A stretch of 64,000 bases of DNA from assembly GCA_963780185.1 (NCBI GenBank), contig CAWABA010000001.1, positions 128,001-192,000 of the forward strand. Reading direction: 5' to 3'. Source of the stretch: Candidatus Bathyarchaeota archaeon (lineage in GTDB: Archaea > Thermoproteota > Bathyarchaeia > Bathyarchaeales > Bathycorpusculaceae). The position numbers and the translations under genes were made by a program. A model generated the notes under the pieces. The model saw nothing but the letters and a program-made list of their open reading frames with translations, was not told the origin of the DNA and made no database searches. Shown in pieces: positions 1-9,978 of the stretch; within the stretch, counting starts at the first letter, position 1; each line of letters starts with the position of its first letter.

Positions 1-981
1 CTTGCAGGCGCAAGCTACCGAAAACTCCAAAGCGTCCGCGACAACGCAGGCGTCGACGTCACCCTTCCTCAGCTTCCGTTGACACCTAATTTTGCGGTGC
101 CGCCCAACTTCGGTAAAACCCTCGTCTGCACTGTGCATTCGACTTGGCGGGGCGAGGCGGAAGCCATCCGAGGGGAACCTTACAGTCGCCTCAACGCCAA
201 CGAAAAGTTTCTTGTGAGCTTTAACTGGTTTCTGCGTTTTTTTGAGGAAGGCATGCTTCATAGGGCGCGAAGAATTATTGCGGTGAGCCACTTCACAAAA
301 TGGGAACTTACGAACTACTACAAGATTCCAGCGGGCAAAATCAAAGTCATCCACAACGGCGTTGACACCCACAAGTTCCAGCCCGCCGTGGATAAACGGA
401 AGGTCAAGCAGGAACTCGGGTTCAACCCAGACGACATAGCCATCGTGTCCGTCGGCAGACTCTACGCACGCAAAGGTCTCTTCACGCTTATCGAAAGTAT
501 GCCTGCCGTGGTGAAGCGGTTTCCAAAGGCGAAGTTCATCGTTTCAGGCAAGGGACAAAGCGACGAAATGCATAAACTCATCGCTTACGCAGAAAAAATC
601 GGCGTTAAGGATAACCTTGTTTTCACGGGTTACTACCCTGACAAGAAGCTGCCGCTGCTGTACCAAGCCGCAGACGTCTTCGCCTTCAGCACCTTCTACG
701 AGCACCACCCATTCGCCGTCCTCGAAGCCCTCTCAACAGGCTTGCCCGTGGTGACAACATGGGTCGGGGGGATTCCTGAAACCATCGAAAACGGCAAAAA
801 CGGCTTCCTCGTCGAGCCCTTCAATGCAAAACAGTTCTCGGAGAAAATAATTTATTTGCTTGATCACCCCGCGGAAGCAGCGGAGATGGGACGACTTGCG
901 AGAAAAACCATCGTGGAGCAGTATGACTGGCGCATAGTCGTCAAAGATGCCATAAAAGTCTATGACAAAGCGCTAAGCTAA
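1..981 (+). CDS. GT4 family glycosyltransferase (5'-partial)
   Basis: Frame is open from base 1 (LAGASYRKLQ...). Contains IHNGVD, VGRLYARKG and ADVFAFSTFYEHHPFAVLEALSTGLPVV, typical GT-B motifs. Confidence 0.9.
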   Translation, partial: LAGASYRKLQSVRDNAGVDVTLPQLPLTPNFAVPPNFGKTLVCTVHSTWRGEAEAIRGEPYSRLNANEKFLVSFNWFLRFFEEGMLHRARRIIAVSHFTKWELTNYYKIPAGKIKVIHNGVDTHKFQPAVDKRKVKQELGFNPDDIAIVSVGRLYARKGLFTLIESMPAVVKRFPKAKFIVSGKGQSDEMHKLIAYAEKIGVKDNLVFTGYYPDKKLPLLYQAADVFAFSTFYEHHPFAVLEALSTGLPVVTTWVGGIPETIENGKNGFLVEPFNAKQFSEKIIYLLDHPAEAAEMGRLARKTIVEQYDWRIVVKDAIKVYDKALS

Positions 982-1040
982 ATGAGGCTTGAGCCCAGCA
1001 TTCTTTAAAAGGCGAGTAGACTAACTGTATTTCGATTAGA

Positions 1041-1334
1041 ATGCAGACCGTTGAGAGGCTAAAGGCAACTTTGGCTTTACACAAGGAAGAGTTAAAGGAA
1101 AAGTTTAGGGTAAAAGAGATCGGGATTTTCGGCTCTTACGTCAGAGGAGAGCAAAAAAAGAGAAGCGACGTAGATGTCCTGGTAACTTTCTACGAGACGA
1201 TTGATCTTTTCACGTTTGTTGAGCTTGAAAACTATTTGAGCGATATTCTAGGGGTTAAAGTTGATCTTGTTATGCAAGAAGGGATTAAGCCTCGGTTGAA
1301 GGAGAGAATTTTAAGCGAGGCAGTTTACGTTTGA
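1041..1334 (+). CDS. mntA: Minimal nucleotidyltransferase antitoxin (MntA type)
   Basis: 97 aa with [19 protein letters not shown] (GSx10DxD). Overlaps the downstream HEPN gene. Confidence 0.9.
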   Translation: MQTVERLKATLALHKEELKEKFRVKEIGIFGSYVRGEQKKRSDVDVLVTFYETIDLFTFVELENYLSDILGVKVDLVMQEGIKPRLKERILSEAVYV

Positions 1335-1699
1335 GGGATTTTCAAGTCTACGTTGAAGACATAATCGACGCTATTGACAGCATAGAGGCATACACTCAAG
1401 GACTGACTTACGAGGGATTTGTCAACGATAAGAAAACAGTTGATGCCGTCATTAGAAACTTCGAGATTATCGGTGAAGCAACCAAGCAAATCCCTTTGGC
1501 AGTACGGAGAGACTATCCGAAAGTGCCTTGGCGAGATATGGCAGGAATGAGAGACAAGCTGATACATGGATATTTTGGCGTTCAATTAGATGTTGTTTGG
1601 AAAACGGTTAAGGCGCGTTTACCAACCGTGCGGTCTTTGGTAATTGAGGCTTTAGCCAATATGAAAGCTAAGATAAACGCACATCAAAATATCAGATAG
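1331..1699 (+). CDS. hepT: HEPN/DUF86 RNase toxin (HepT type)
   Basis: [13 protein letters not shown] and RDKLIHGY (Rx4HxY). 4-bp overlap with the MNT gene. Confidence 0.9.
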   Translation: MRDFQVYVEDIIDAIDSIEAYTQGLTYEGFVNDKKTVDAVIRNFEIIGEATKQIPLAVRRDYPKVPWRDMAGMRDKLIHGYFGVQLDVVWKTVKARLPTVRSLVIEALANMKAKINAHQNIR

Positions 1700-1749
1700 T
1701 TTATCTTCATTTCATTTGGGTTCAAAAATTTCTAACTCCCTTACAGCGG

Positions 1750-2715
1750 CTAAGCAATCTGTACTGGTTCGCGTCGATAAGTCATTGTAACCTTCTGGAA
1801 CAGCTTAACTATGTCCAGCGAGCAAAAGAACATTTTAGTCAGGTACTCATGTTGGTAAATCATCATCTGCGCCTTCACAGGCAAGTCAATTCGTGGAGGT
1901 TCAAACCTTCGTTCAACCGTGGAAACCTGAAGCCCTTCAACACTGACGTCATCTTCATGCATACCCGTTTTGTTGGCGATGTAGCCCAGATAGGTTTCTT
2001 TCCAGTTTAGCATCATGACTTTGGCGGCGGCAATATCCACGGCTAGGGCGTCGTTGCCTGTCAGCATTAATCCCATTTTGACGGGTTTGCCTTTTGTTGG
2101 ACCGTTGCCTTCAATGCCGACCCGTGCATCCATAATCGTGAGCTGCGGCTTGAACAGGGTGTAGAGGCGATAGAACACTTCAGGCAGGTAGGGGTGCAGG
2201 TAGATGCGTTTGTTGCTGGGGACGCAGCCGAAGAGGTTTTTGATTGCGCCGCTGTAAGCCATAAACTCGTGCGTTTTCATCAGGGGCAAATCCACGACGG
2301 CGTCGGCGTCAAGGACGGTTTTGGGTAGAAACAGCCGCTTCAATGGGGTGTTGCCCGCAAATTTTACTTCGACGAGTTTGTCTTCGGAGAGGTTGATTAC
2401 GGTGCCGCCTGCAGCCTTCACCGCAGCTTGGGCGCCTGTTTTATCGAAGGCTGTCCAGCAGGGATAATTGAACCCGTTGGATTCGCCTACGATGACTTCG
2501 CTGTTGCCGTCGCGGAGCAAACCGACGAGTTGCCGCATAAGCTCTGGGCTCGTCACCACGCCCGGCAGGTATTCGGGGTGGCTCAAGTTAGGCTTAATGA
2601 AAATCTTGCGTTTGCCGTGCAGCCCTGATTTAGCGACGGCTTCCTTTACAATGTCGCTTATGTCGTCTTTGGCACGGAAAATTTTAACGGTTTGTGGGTT
2701 AGGCACTGTTAGCAC
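1750..2715 (-). CDS. DUF362 domain protein (putative Fe-S protein)
   Basis: IFIKPNL, LPLMKTH, GAIKNLFGC, IMDARVGIEGNGPTKG and DALAVD motifs. Confidence 0.85.
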   Translation of the reverse strand: MLTVPNPQTVKIFRAKDDISDIVKEAVAKSGLHGKRKIFIKPNLSHPEYLPGVVTSPELMRQLVGLLRDGNSEVIVGESNGFNYPCWTAFDKTGAQAAVKAAGGTVINLSEDKLVEVKFAGNTPLKRLFLPKTVLDADAVVDLPLMKTHEFMAYSGAIKNLFGCVPSNKRIYLHPYLPEVFYRLYTLFKPQLTIMDARVGIEGNGPTKGKPVKMGLMLTGNDALAVDIAAAKVMMLNWKETYLGYIANKTGMHEDDVSVEGLQVSTVERRFEPPRIDLPVKAQMMIYQHEYLTKMFFCSLDIVKLFQKVTMTYRREPVQIA

Positions 2716-4126
2716 CTTTCACTCCCGTTATGCAGCCAGGGTCGCCATTAAGCATGTCACCGTTATGGTAAGCTGCTGAACGTGCCCTGCAGCCGCCGCA
2801 GATGAACTTGTAGTCGCATTTGCCGCAGGACCCTTTAAGGTTGGCTCTGTTTCGAAAAGCGTTGAAGAGCGGCGCTTTGAGCCAGATGTCTTGGAACTTT
2901 TCGTTTTTGAGGTTGCCCACGTTTACTGGCAGGAAGACGCATGGGTGGACATCGCCTTGAGGTGACAGTGAGCAGTATAGTCGTCCTGCGCCACATCCGC
3001 CGATGAAGTCGCCAAGCGGAACCGCTTTTTTAGTTACCTTGACTGTTTGCATGTGCGCCAGGGACATGGTTACTTCGCCTGTACCTGATGAACCCTGACA
3101 CTGCAGGGCTACACGCGCAAGCTGAGGCGCAGTGGCTAAGATTGTGGTTTTGCAGCCAGCAGACATACGATTCAGCAGGTAACGCAGCACCTTTTCGCGT
3201 TCTTGAGGCGACAAATCTTGGTCAACATGTGCTTTGCCCCGTCCAGTTGGAATAAAATTGAAGTAGGTGAATCGTTCCGCATGAATTTCCTCGGCTAAAT
3301 CGATAATGGCTGGCAACTCCGCCATGTTATTTTTGCCCACCGTCGTAGCAATGCAAACACACAGGTCAGCTTCAACACAATTCTTAAGGCCAGCCAAAGC
3401 CTTATCAAACGTGCCTGGGACGCCTCGAAACTCATCATGCGTTTTGGCAGAGGCGCCGTCTATACTGACGTCGATGTAGTTTACTTTAGCTTGCTTGATT
3501 TTCTGCACATTCTCTTTTGTTAGCAGAGTGCCGTTTGAAGCAAGTGACACGTAGAGTCCACGGTCAGATGCGTGCCGCGCAACCTCAAAGAAGTCACTGC
3601 GCGTCAAAGGTTCACCTCCGCTGAAAGCCAACGCAGTCACACCAGCATCCGCCAGCTGATCCACAACCGCCAACGCCTGCTCAGTGGTTAATTCTTCCTC
3701 TTGAACTGCGCCGCTGTTGGAGTAGCAGTGCTTGCAGGCTAAGTTGCATTTGTGGGTGAAATCCCAAACAACCAGAAACGGGGCGGAAAGCGACATGGGT
3801 TTTTTTATGCCGAAATAAGCAAACGACCGAACTAAATTAAGAACCGCTGTTCGGGCGTAGCGGTCCGACAGAAGCTTCTCTACTTTTTCACGCTTAAAGT
3901 TGAGGCTTCTGCGCAAAAACTCGATCCAGAAACCCACAACCTGTGAATAGAATCGGCTGCAGGCTTCACATTTTTTGTCCGTTTTGCCCGCGTAATCATC
4001 CAACGCTGCTTCAAGAACTGTCCTTCCGCAAGCAGGGCACTTCTTAAGTGACAGCTTGAGCATCCGCTTAGTCATCGGCAGCGTTATCACTGCATTCCAG
4101 AAGGTATCATGGCTAAGTAAGCTCAT
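2699..4126 (-). CDS. Radical SAM/SPASM protein, similar to the GMGT synthase (Gms) family
   Basis: CNLACKHC, FSGGEP, SPASM GCGAG...PC...CGKCDYKFICGGCRA. The N-terminal extension ending FGIKKPMSLSAPFLVVWDFT matches my recollection of the archaeal Gms-type family. Radical SAM call is firm; Gms assignment is tentative. Confidence 0.75.
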   Translation of the reverse strand: MSLLSHDTFWNAVITLPMTKRMLKLSLKKCPACGRTVLEAALDDYAGKTDKKCEACSRFYSQVVGFWIEFLRRSLNFKREKVEKLLSDRYARTAVLNLVRSFAYFGIKKPMSLSAPFLVVWDFTHKCNLACKHCYSNSGAVQEEELTTEQALAVVDQLADAGVTALAFSGGEPLTRSDFFEVARHASDRGLYVSLASNGTLLTKENVQKIKQAKVNYIDVSIDGASAKTHDEFRGVPGTFDKALAGLKNCVEADLCVCIATTVGKNNMAELPAIIDLAEEIHAERFTYFNFIPTGRGKAHVDQDLSPQEREKVLRYLLNRMSAGCKTTILATAPQLARVALQCQGSSGTGEVTMSLAHMQTVKVTKKAVPLGDFIGGCGAGRLYCSLSPQGDVHPCVFLPVNVGNLKNEKFQDIWLKAPLFNAFRNRANLKGSCGKCDYKFICGGCRARSAAYHNGDMLNGDPGCITGVKGANSA

Positions 4127-4199
4127 CCGAGGCGAGTCTCCTGAAACAGCAACAGGGGAAGAGTAGGTTGGGCGGGGATGTTAAATATTTCCCTAAACG

Positions 4200-4817
4200 T
4201 TAAAATTTGGTTTTCATGATTTTTTCTGCTATTTCCAGGTCTTTGAGCGTGTTAATGTTGAGTAGGACTTCGAGTTCTTGCGTGATTAAGGCATTTGTTT
4301 CGATTTTTCCTTCGCCTTGGATTCTTGCGCCGTTTACAATGTTGACTCCTGACACCGCGTACCATATGCCCATGTACTCGTCGGTGGAGTCAATGGAGAG
4401 CCCCAAAGCTTCGCGGGCTTGAATGGGAACGAAAACCGCATAGAAATCTTTCCCGCAAGCCTCAAACTGGTTGACGATTTTGTCGAGAAACTTGCCTGTG
4501 ACAGCTGGCGAATCCGCTGGAACCGTCAAAACAGGACCCATCAAGTTGGCCATCCGCGTTGCCTGCTTGAGGTCGTTGTGGTACCCGTTGGCGTCGGTGC
4601 AAAGAACCTTCCAGCCCCTCTGCTTGCAGTGCAACTCGGTTTGGGGCGTGTTGGGGCTTGTGACCACGTAAAACTCGGAAACCCGCTCTGCGTCTGCAAC
4701 CGCTTCGACAACCCAGTCCAAGAGCGGTTTGCCCAGAAAGGGCAGAAGCGGCTTCTCCACTGGCAACCCGATGCGTTTGCCCCTGCCGCCAGCCATAATC
4801 AACGCGGGAACCTTCAT
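4200..4817 (-). CDS. CobY-like NTP transferase (paralog 1)
   Basis: ALIMAGGRGKRIGLPVEKPLL, VPADSP, GVNIVNG and NINTLKDL. Homologous to the copy at 15361-15980. Confidence 0.85.
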   Translation of the reverse strand: MKVPALIMAGGRGKRIGLPVEKPLLPFLGKPLLDWVVEAVADAERVSEFYVVTSPNTPQTELHCKQRGWKVLCTDANGYHNDLKQATRMANLMGPVLTVPADSPAVTGKFLDKIVNQFEACGKDFYAVFVPIQAREALGLSIDSTDEYMGIWYAVSGVNIVNGARIQGEGKIETNALITQELEVLLNINTLKDLEIAEKIMKTKF

Positions 4818-5644
4818 AGAAGAATCAACACGCCTGCAAACAAAATAAGCGTAACTGCCCTTGCCACCTCGTTTGTTGCGCCGATGGCGTCGCCTGAAAC
4901 CCCGCCGAAAACTCTCTGCGAAACCTTCGCCATCACAAACGCCACTGGAACGCTAACAAGAACCAGCCCGACGGCAACCAACCCCACGTAAGGTTTGCCT
5001 ATCAAAGCGAAAAACGGGTAAACAATCAAGACTGAGAGCGGGTAGGCGATTGCGTTAAGTTTGGTTTTTGCTTTCTTCAGGAAAATCGAGCCTAACCCCT
5101 TATGCGTGGGTTTGCCGACCCAGACGATGGTAACCATGGATAGTTTGGCTGAGAGTTCGGCGGTGAGGATGGCTCCGAAAGCGTAGAGTGGGTTAATCAG
5201 GAACAAGCCTGCGAACGCGGCAAACTCTACAACCATCGCCAGCAGGGCTCCCCAGTAGGTTACGGTCCAGGCGTGGGCGACCATTTTGCGGTCATGGAGG
5301 TTTCGCAGTCCGAAGGCGTTGCCTAGGTCGATTAAGCCGTCGAAGTGTTGGAGTCCTGTGAGGACCAGTAGGAACGCGACGGTCATGGCGGCGACCGCAA
5401 GCTTCGAAAGCAAGTCAACTGGCAGGGCAACTAACGAGTTAACTAAGCTGAGCAGATAGTGGACTATGATGTTTACGCCGACAAAGTAGGTGCCTGCAAG
5501 CACGCCGATTAAGCCGCCTACGATGGGAAAAAGATAAACGTGCTCTGCAGTGGTGAATATGAAATCTTCTTTTCCGCCCACGGGGATTATGGTTAGGAAA
5601 GACAGCAAATCCCTAAAAGTTTTTATAGCTTTCGCAGGCGACAT
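4814..5644 (-). CDS. CobS-like membrane transferase (divergent paralog)
   Basis: LLSFLTIIP, TGLQHFDGLIDLGNA and FGGVSGDAIGATNE; multiple TM segments. Confidence 0.85.
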   Translation of the reverse strand: MSPAKAIKTFRDLLSFLTIIPVGGKEDFIFTTAEHVYLFPIVGGLIGVLAGTYFVGVNIIVHYLLSLVNSLVALPVDLLSKLAVAAMTVAFLLVLTGLQHFDGLIDLGNAFGLRNLHDRKMVAHAWTVTYWGALLAMVVEFAAFAGLFLINPLYAFGAILTAELSAKLSMVTIVWVGKPTHKGLGSIFLKKAKTKLNAIAYPLSVLIVYPFFALIGKPYVGLVAVGLVLVSVPVAFVMAKVSQRVFGGVSGDAIGATNEVARAVTLILFAGVLILL

Positions 5645-5691
5645 ATACCCTACAACTAGTGAATGGAAATATAGGCTTTGTCGTGGTAGTT

Positions 5692-6621
5692 ATGGGGGAC
5701 CTTAAAGGGAAAAAGATACTTGTAACGGGCGGAGCAGGGTTCATCGGGTTCCACCTATGCAAGAAGCTATCCGGTTTAACGTCTAACTTGACGGTTTACG
5801 ATAACATGTCAAACGGCAAAATGGAAAACGTCAAAGACGCGGCTGTGCCAAATTTTGTGAAAGGCGACATTCTTGACCTAAAAAAACTTCAGTCGCTTGA
5901 AAAACAGGAATTGATCTACCATTTAGCGGCCCAGGTCGTTGTCCCCTACTCCATGGAGAACCCGCTTATCGATTTTGAAACCAACGCCAAAGGAGCGCTG
6001 CATGTGCTTGAGAAAGCCCGCAAAGACGATGCAAAAATGGTTTTCGCGTCCAGCGCAGCGGTGTACGGTAACCCAACTCAGCTTCCGACCACGGAAGATT
6101 ACGGTTTTCACCCTGTCTCATGCTACGGCATGTCTAAGGTGGTCGGCGAAGAATACTGCCAGATGTACAGAGACCAATATCGGTTAGACGTAACCGTCGT
6201 GAGGTTCGCTAACGTGTACGGGCTCAGATGCCACGGCGTCATCCATGACTTCCTCGACAAAATCGCAAAGGACCCGAGCAAGCTAGAGATAATTGGCACG
6301 GGATTGCAGTCACGGGACCTGGTGAACGTCGCCGACGTGGTCGACGCACTCTTAACTGTGGGAGCAGACGAATCAACCAACGGCGAAGTCTACAACATCG
6401 GCATCGGGAAAACCACCAAAATCATCGACCTCGCCCACCTGATGCTCCAAATTCTTAACCTGCAAAACAAAACCAAAGTGACAACAACAGGCGTCTCTTG
6501 GCAAGGAGACATCGACACGATCTGGTTTGACAACTCCAAAGCCAAGAAAGCGTTACATTGGAACCCCAAAATAAGCCTCGAAGAAAGCATCAAAGAAGTC
6601 ATCGCTGACAGGAAACTTTAA
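5692..6621 (+). CDS. NAD-dependent NDP-sugar epimerase/dehydratase (GalE-like SDR)
   Basis: VTGGAGFIG, ASSAAVYG, YGMSK (YxxxK) and RFANVYG. Confidence 0.9.
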   Translation: MGDLKGKKILVTGGAGFIGFHLCKKLSGLTSNLTVYDNMSNGKMENVKDAAVPNFVKGDILDLKKLQSLEKQELIYHLAAQVVVPYSMENPLIDFETNAKGALHVLEKARKDDAKMVFASSAAVYGNPTQLPTTEDYGFHPVSCYGMSKVVGEEYCQMYRDQYRLDVTVVRFANVYGLRCHGVIHDFLDKIAKDPSKLEIIGTGLQSRDLVNVADVVDALLTVGADESTNGEVYNIGIGKTTKIIDLAHLMLQILNLQNKTKVTTTGVSWQGDIDTIWFDNSKAKKALHWNPKISLEESIKEVIADRKL

Positions 6622-7514
6622 TGACTGCTCCAGCCCCAGCCAGAGGACTAATCGCCCTTCTGAGGCTTCCCTACTGGCTGATGACTGGCGGCTTATCTCT
6701 CTTAACAGCTTTTGCCATCACAAAAAACCCCACAGACCTAAACGTACAAACGATTCTGCTGATTTTCTTCTCGATGGCTTTCATAACATCCGCTGGCTTC
6801 GCAGTAAACGACTACTTCGACAGAGAAAGCGACGCATTAATCAAGCCAAAACGCCCCATACCCTCAGGCAGCCTGTCTCTTCGGCAAGTCGTGGCGGTTT
6901 CAAGCGTGCTTTTCACGGCAGGCTTAATCATGGCTTTATTCATCAACCCGCTCAGCTTCACAATAATCGCCGCAGACTCCGCCTTGCTGCTGGTTTACTC
7001 AACAGTTGTAAAGCGCAAGTCAGGGTTCGCAGCCAACGTCTTGGTGGGAATCCTAACAGGCACCGCCTTTCTCTTCGGGGAAGCAACGATCTCCAGCCCC
7101 CCAACCGTAAGCATAATTTCCCTGAGCCTGTACCCGATAGCGTTAGGCACAGTAGGCGGCAACATCCTGCGCGATGTGCTGAGCCTTGACGGTGACTCAA
7201 AAACGGGGTACCCGACGCTTCCGCAGAAAATCGGCATAAACGATTCAGCGAAGGTGGCGGCTGGGTTTTTCTTGTTAACTGGTTTTCTTGTGCCGCTTCC
7301 ATTCTTCGTTGGCGAGGGCAACTTTGACTTTTTCTATCTGGTGCCCATCCTTGTTTGGAGTGTGCTTCTGATTTACTCTTCAATTCGCCTAGCAACGGCG
7401 TCTTCGAATGTTTTGAATGTACGCAAGTATGAACGGGTAATTACCATGTCGATGATTCTGCTTCCGTTAGCGTTGATTCTTGAGGCAGTGTCCCACATGA
7501 TTGGAGGACTATAG
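6621..7514 (+). CDS. UbiA prenyltransferase, DGGGP synthase-like
   Basis: NDYFDRESDALIKPKRPIPSG and RDVLSLDGDSKTGYPTLP; about 8 TM segments. Confidence 0.85.
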   Translation: MTAPAPARGLIALLRLPYWLMTGGLSLLTAFAITKNPTDLNVQTILLIFFSMAFITSAGFAVNDYFDRESDALIKPKRPIPSGSLSLRQVVAVSSVLFTAGLIMALFINPLSFTIIAADSALLLVYSTVVKRKSGFAANVLVGILTGTAFLFGEATISSPPTVSIISLSLYPIALGTVGGNILRDVLSLDGDSKTGYPTLPQKIGINDSAKVAAGFFLLTGFLVPLPFFVGEGNFDFFYLVPILVWSVLLIYSSIRLATASSNVLNVRKYERVITMSMILLPLALILEAVSHMIGGL

Positions 7515-7515
7515 A

Positions 7516-8982
7516 GTGAGCGAAACAAAAAGTATCTGTCCAGAATGCCAGAAAAAAATAGACGCCCAACTGCGGCAAGCTAACGGCAAAATAAAAATCA
7601 CCAAACAATGCCCCGAACACGGCGACTTCGAAGCCACCCACTGGCAAAGCACACCCGTCTTCAACCACATGCAAACCTACGACCAATTCCAGTACCTCGG
7701 CGACTTAAACGCCCCCAAAAACCCAGAAGGCTGCCCCTACAAATGCGAAACCTGCACCGAACACGCCTCGGGTACGGTCATCGGCGTCATTGACGTGACG
7801 AAACGTTGCAACCTTCGCTGCGCAATTTGCTTCTCCACGTTTCCCGAGCAAGGAACCGACTATGAGCCAACCAAAGAGCACCTTGTAAAAATGCTTGAGT
7901 TCGTAAGTCAAGCTAACCCCAAGCCGCCAGCCATCCTGTTCTCAGGCGGAGAACCTCTCGAACGGGAGGACATGCCTGAAATCATCGGTGTTGCCCACAA
8001 ACTAAAGTTCATGACTATTTTGGCAACCAACGGGACCCATTTGGTTGACACTCCAGGGTTGGCGAAGAAACTGAAAGCCAATGGCTTAAACATTGTTTAT
8101 TTATCGTTTGACAGTTTTCACGACGATTTTAACACAAAGATTCGGGGAAAAGCGCTGCTTGAGGAGAAACTGAAGGCTATTGAAGTTTGCCGCAAATACG
8201 ACATGGAGATCATTTTAGTTAACACGTTGATGAAGAGCCTAAACGACAAAGAAGTCGGCGACATGATACGGTTCGCCGCAAAAAACACCGACATAGTCCG
8301 CGGATTAATCTTCCAACCCATCGCGTTCACCGGCAGAGCCACCGAGAACCCTTTCCGCGAAAACTTCCGCGAATGGTCCTTCGCAGAAGACGTTGAAAAA
8401 CAAACAAACGGCGAAATCAAAGCCACCGACCTATTCCCCATGTCCGTTATGACTTCGCCGATCAAGATAATGCGCAAATTCATGCAGAAGCCATGGCCCC
8501 TCTTCTCCTGCAGCCCACAGTGCGGCATCGTAAACTGGATCTACGTTTCAAAAGAGGGCAAAATGTTCCCCATTAACCGCTTCGTCAACTTTGACCGCTT
8601 CTTCTCCACCATCAGAAAAACCGCTGAATCCGCAGAATCCAGAGGCAAATTCTCGCTGCTTTCCTCACTGTTTATGGCGTCCATGCTTTCTATGAACATG
8701 TTGCTGGTGACGCAGGAAGTGGGCATGCTGACCTTGGTGAACTCGGTTATGCGTATGCATCTTTCGCCGTCGTATCAGTCGCTTGGCAAAATCCGCCGAA
8801 GAATCTTTCTGCTGGGCTGCATGGCGTTCATGGACAGCTACAACTTTGACGTTAACCGTGTCCGACGTTGCGTCGTGCACTACATCACGCCTGACCTGAA
8901 AATCATACCGTTCTGCGCCTACAACAACATCCACAGAGTCGCCATCGAGAAACAATACGCAGAAAAACAAAAAAAGCGATAG
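7516..8982 (+). CDS. tes: Radical SAM tetraether lipid synthase-like protein (Tes/GDGT-MAS, MJ0619 family)
   Basis: N-terminal TKSICPEC...KQCPEHG, GCPYKCETC, CNLRCAIC, FQPIAFTGR, CSPQCG, MDSYNFDVNRVRRCVVHY and IIPFCAYN. GTG start preceded by GGAGG. Confidence 0.8.
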   Translation: MSETKSICPECQKKIDAQLRQANGKIKITKQCPEHGDFEATHWQSTPVFNHMQTYDQFQYLGDLNAPKNPEGCPYKCETCTEHASGTVIGVIDVTKRCNLRCAICFSTFPEQGTDYEPTKEHLVKMLEFVSQANPKPPAILFSGGEPLEREDMPEIIGVAHKLKFMTILATNGTHLVDTPGLAKKLKANGLNIVYLSFDSFHDDFNTKIRGKALLEEKLKAIEVCRKYDMEIILVNTLMKSLNDKEVGDMIRFAAKNTDIVRGLIFQPIAFTGRATENPFRENFREWSFAEDVEKQTNGEIKATDLFPMSVMTSPIKIMRKFMQKPWPLFSCSPQCGIVNWIYVSKEGKMFPINRFVNFDRFFSTIRKTAESAESRGKFSLLSSLFMASMLSMNMLLVTQEVGMLTLVNSVMRMHLSPSYQSLGKIRRRIFLLGCMAFMDSYNFDVNRVRRCVVHYITPDLKIIPFCAYNNIHRVAIEKQYAEKQKKR

Positions 8983-9182
8983 TTCAACGGCCACGTTGAT
9001 ATCTGTCTTAGATAAGGTGTGGATGCCCTAGATAATTAGGCAAAATTCACTCTTGACCTTTTCCAGCGATGTCGTGCCCAACACCCTATTCCAGACATTT
9101 TTGGCTGTTCTTTTGGTGGAACAGGCTGTTCTTTAGGGAGAGTAATATCCGACTTTGAGACATTGTCTTTGAGCGAGTAGAA

Positions 9183-9947
9183 ATGCAATTGATGAAACGC
9201 CAAAAGATTGTTATCGCTTTTATCGTATCTGCATTGCTTTTAAGTTCAATCTTAGCTGTGACCCATGGCAACTTCAGCACTCGACAATCTGCAGCCACCT
9301 TAGAACTGCCAACTCCTCTGCCAACCCCTCTATCGTTTCAAGTTCAGGTTATTTTCCCCGTAGATAACCAGACGTATGGCATTTACAATGGACCCGAAAA
9401 CATTACATCAGACGAAACAGCACATCAAACTACATACAGCCTAATACTGCCGCTGAACATAACCGTGAACCAAGAAACTTCAAGAATTACCTATAGTCTG
9501 GATGGGTCTGACAATATTGATTTCAACGAAAATACAACTGCTGCTCTGACCTTGCGCTATGGAGTTCACAACTTAACAGCTTATGCCACCAACATCGAAG
9601 GTGTAGCTACTGAATCCAGCATAACATTTACTGTGGGTTACGATTATCTTCCTATCAATAAAATAACCCTGGAGCAGGTGCAGGAAGCCACCCGTTACTT
9701 TGAAAGCAGAGGATTAAGCGTCCAAGTCGACACAGTAGACGAAAGCAAATGGCAAAACCTCGGCCACTTTCTCTACGCTGGCTCGGTCGATGTGGTTTCA
9801 AAAGAGAATTTTGCGGATGTTGTAATTGCACGTGGCATAGACACAATTTGGCTCAGACAAGATTCCAATTATATTAGTTTTTACGCCAACTATTACGATA
9901 ATTCATGGTTACCGACAGTCTACGAATATTATGCAACCTTAACCTAA
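9183..9947 (+). CDS. Hypothetical secreted or membrane-anchored protein with an Ig-like segment
   Basis: N-terminal hydrophobic helix. ITYSLDG...GVHNLTAYATN..S.ITFTV resembles an Ig-like module. Lower GC than neighbours. Confidence 0.65.
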   Translation: MQLMKRQKIVIAFIVSALLLSSILAVTHGNFSTRQSAATLELPTPLPTPLSFQVQVIFPVDNQTYGIYNGPENITSDETAHQTTYSLILPLNITVNQETSRITYSLDGSDNIDFNENTTAALTLRYGVHNLTAYATNIEGVATESSITFTVGYDYLPINKITLEQVQEATRYFESRGLSVQVDTVDESKWQNLGHFLYAGSVDVVSKENFADVVIARGIDTIWLRQDSNYISFYANYYDNSWLPTVYEYYATLT

Positions 9948-9978
9948 CCAATATGGTCACTTTTTAGAAAGCTCAAGC

